A stretch of DNA of 64,000 nt from Sphyrna mokarran (Eukaryota), in assembly GCA_024679065.1 (NCBI GenBank), contig JAGIQG010000002.1, positions 96,038,001 to 96,102,000 on the forward strand. The letters are read 5' to 3'. Positions 63,201-64,000 of the stretch are shown piece after piece. Within the stretch, counting starts at the first letter, position 1. Each line of letters starts with the position of its first letter. A program made the translations under genes and the position numbers. The notes under the pieces are model-generated. The model was given only the letters and a program-made list of their open reading frames with translations. It had not been told where the DNA came from and did not search any database.

Positions 63201-64000
63201 TATTGAATTAGAAAAATATGAGTGAACACGCTGACTTTACTGGTAATCCGTTCAATTATATTGTATTTTCATCCACTCTTCACATCCTTCCATTTTGAAT
63301 GGCTGTTCTATTTCTTGCAGTCAAAGAGCAGTCCAGAGCGGTAATCCATTTCTGGCGTAGAATCTTTAATCCTGAAAAATATGTTTTTTTTTGCATGTTC
63401 ACATCTATTTACTATGTATATGTATATACTCGTTTCGTCTGATGGACAAAGCAACACGCAATTGATTTTAATGATTTAAACTTTACTTAAACTCTCAACA
63501 TTTTTATGCCGGTTCGGTCTGGCAAAATCTTTGATACCTCGGCTTTTCGGATGCATTTTGATGTTGAAAAAGTTTAGGATTCGGCTTAAACTCTCCGTGG
63601 AATGTCCACATTAGCGTGTAGTTCTGTTTTTAGGAATGTGGGGGACACATGGATAATGTGGATAGTTTAGTAGGTTTAGATCAAAGATTGCTCTTTAACG
63701 GGCAAGGGACGAATATAGTGCAATAACGGCCTGATAACCACCCCCGTTGGCGTAAAGTCTGTCTGCTTAGCACAAGGATTGTGACATACCAAAGGAGACG
63801 CTAGAGATCAAAAGAAAATAACATTTCCCAATATTGGGGAAAATGGCAGGATCCCAGGCGGAAATGCAGAAAGATGTTTTGTTGCCACAAGCCTTTAATT
63901 TCGAAGTACCAGGTGCATCATTTGTAAGACTGCCTATCTATTGTAAACAGTGGGATTGCATTCCTCCGTTTAACACCGACAAATATGCCTGTTAACGTTG

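Noticed and set aside
63300-63480. Splice-acceptor-like TTCTTGCAG followed by PEKYVFF, considered as a HoxA8 relic
   Set aside because: There is no RRGRQTY or WFQNRR-like sequence at the right spacing, so the evidence is insufficient.
1-64000. Remaining 60-120 aa ORFs; prokaryotic-type systems (CRISPR, operons); tRNA/rRNA genes; Evx1 and HoxA7
   Set aside because: The short ORFs have low-complexity, AT-driven composition and no family motifs. I saw no spaced repeat array or structural RNA gene. Evx1 and HoxA7 coding sequence was not found and presumably lies outside the window.

Overview
Vertebrate, AT-rich genomic DNA from a cartilaginous fish, most likely a shark (inferred from the HE1/V-SINE and CR1-type repeats and from the Hox protein sequences). 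It covers the posterior half of the HoxA cluster, all on the + strand. Four intact two-exon genes are present: HoxA13 (19316-20641), HoxA11 (32893-34967), HoxA10 (46247-48822) and HoxA9 (56329-57747). A miR-196 hairpin lies between HoxA10 and HoxA9. The ORF track misses a decayed HoxA14 pseudogene upstream of HoxA13, with remnants of all three exons: Hox13/14-type exon-1 motifs at ~9.8-10.1 kb, a frameshifted split homeobox at 12819-13008, and a probable helix-3 exon at ~13.08-13.13 kb. Recognisable transposon relics (CR1, L2, V-SINE, a possible solo LTR, a palindromic repeat) are confined to the first ~6.6 kb. The regulatory signals are three co-oriented CTCF motifs, DR0/DR2 nuclear-receptor elements, uORF architecture in each Hox leader, and miR-196 sites in the HoxA9 3'UTR that flank alternative poly(A) signals. 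An orphan Hox-type promoter module sits where the lost HoxA12 would be expected. Comparisons with mammalian or other orthologues are from recall and need alignment. Nearly all other short ORFs in the track look spurious.
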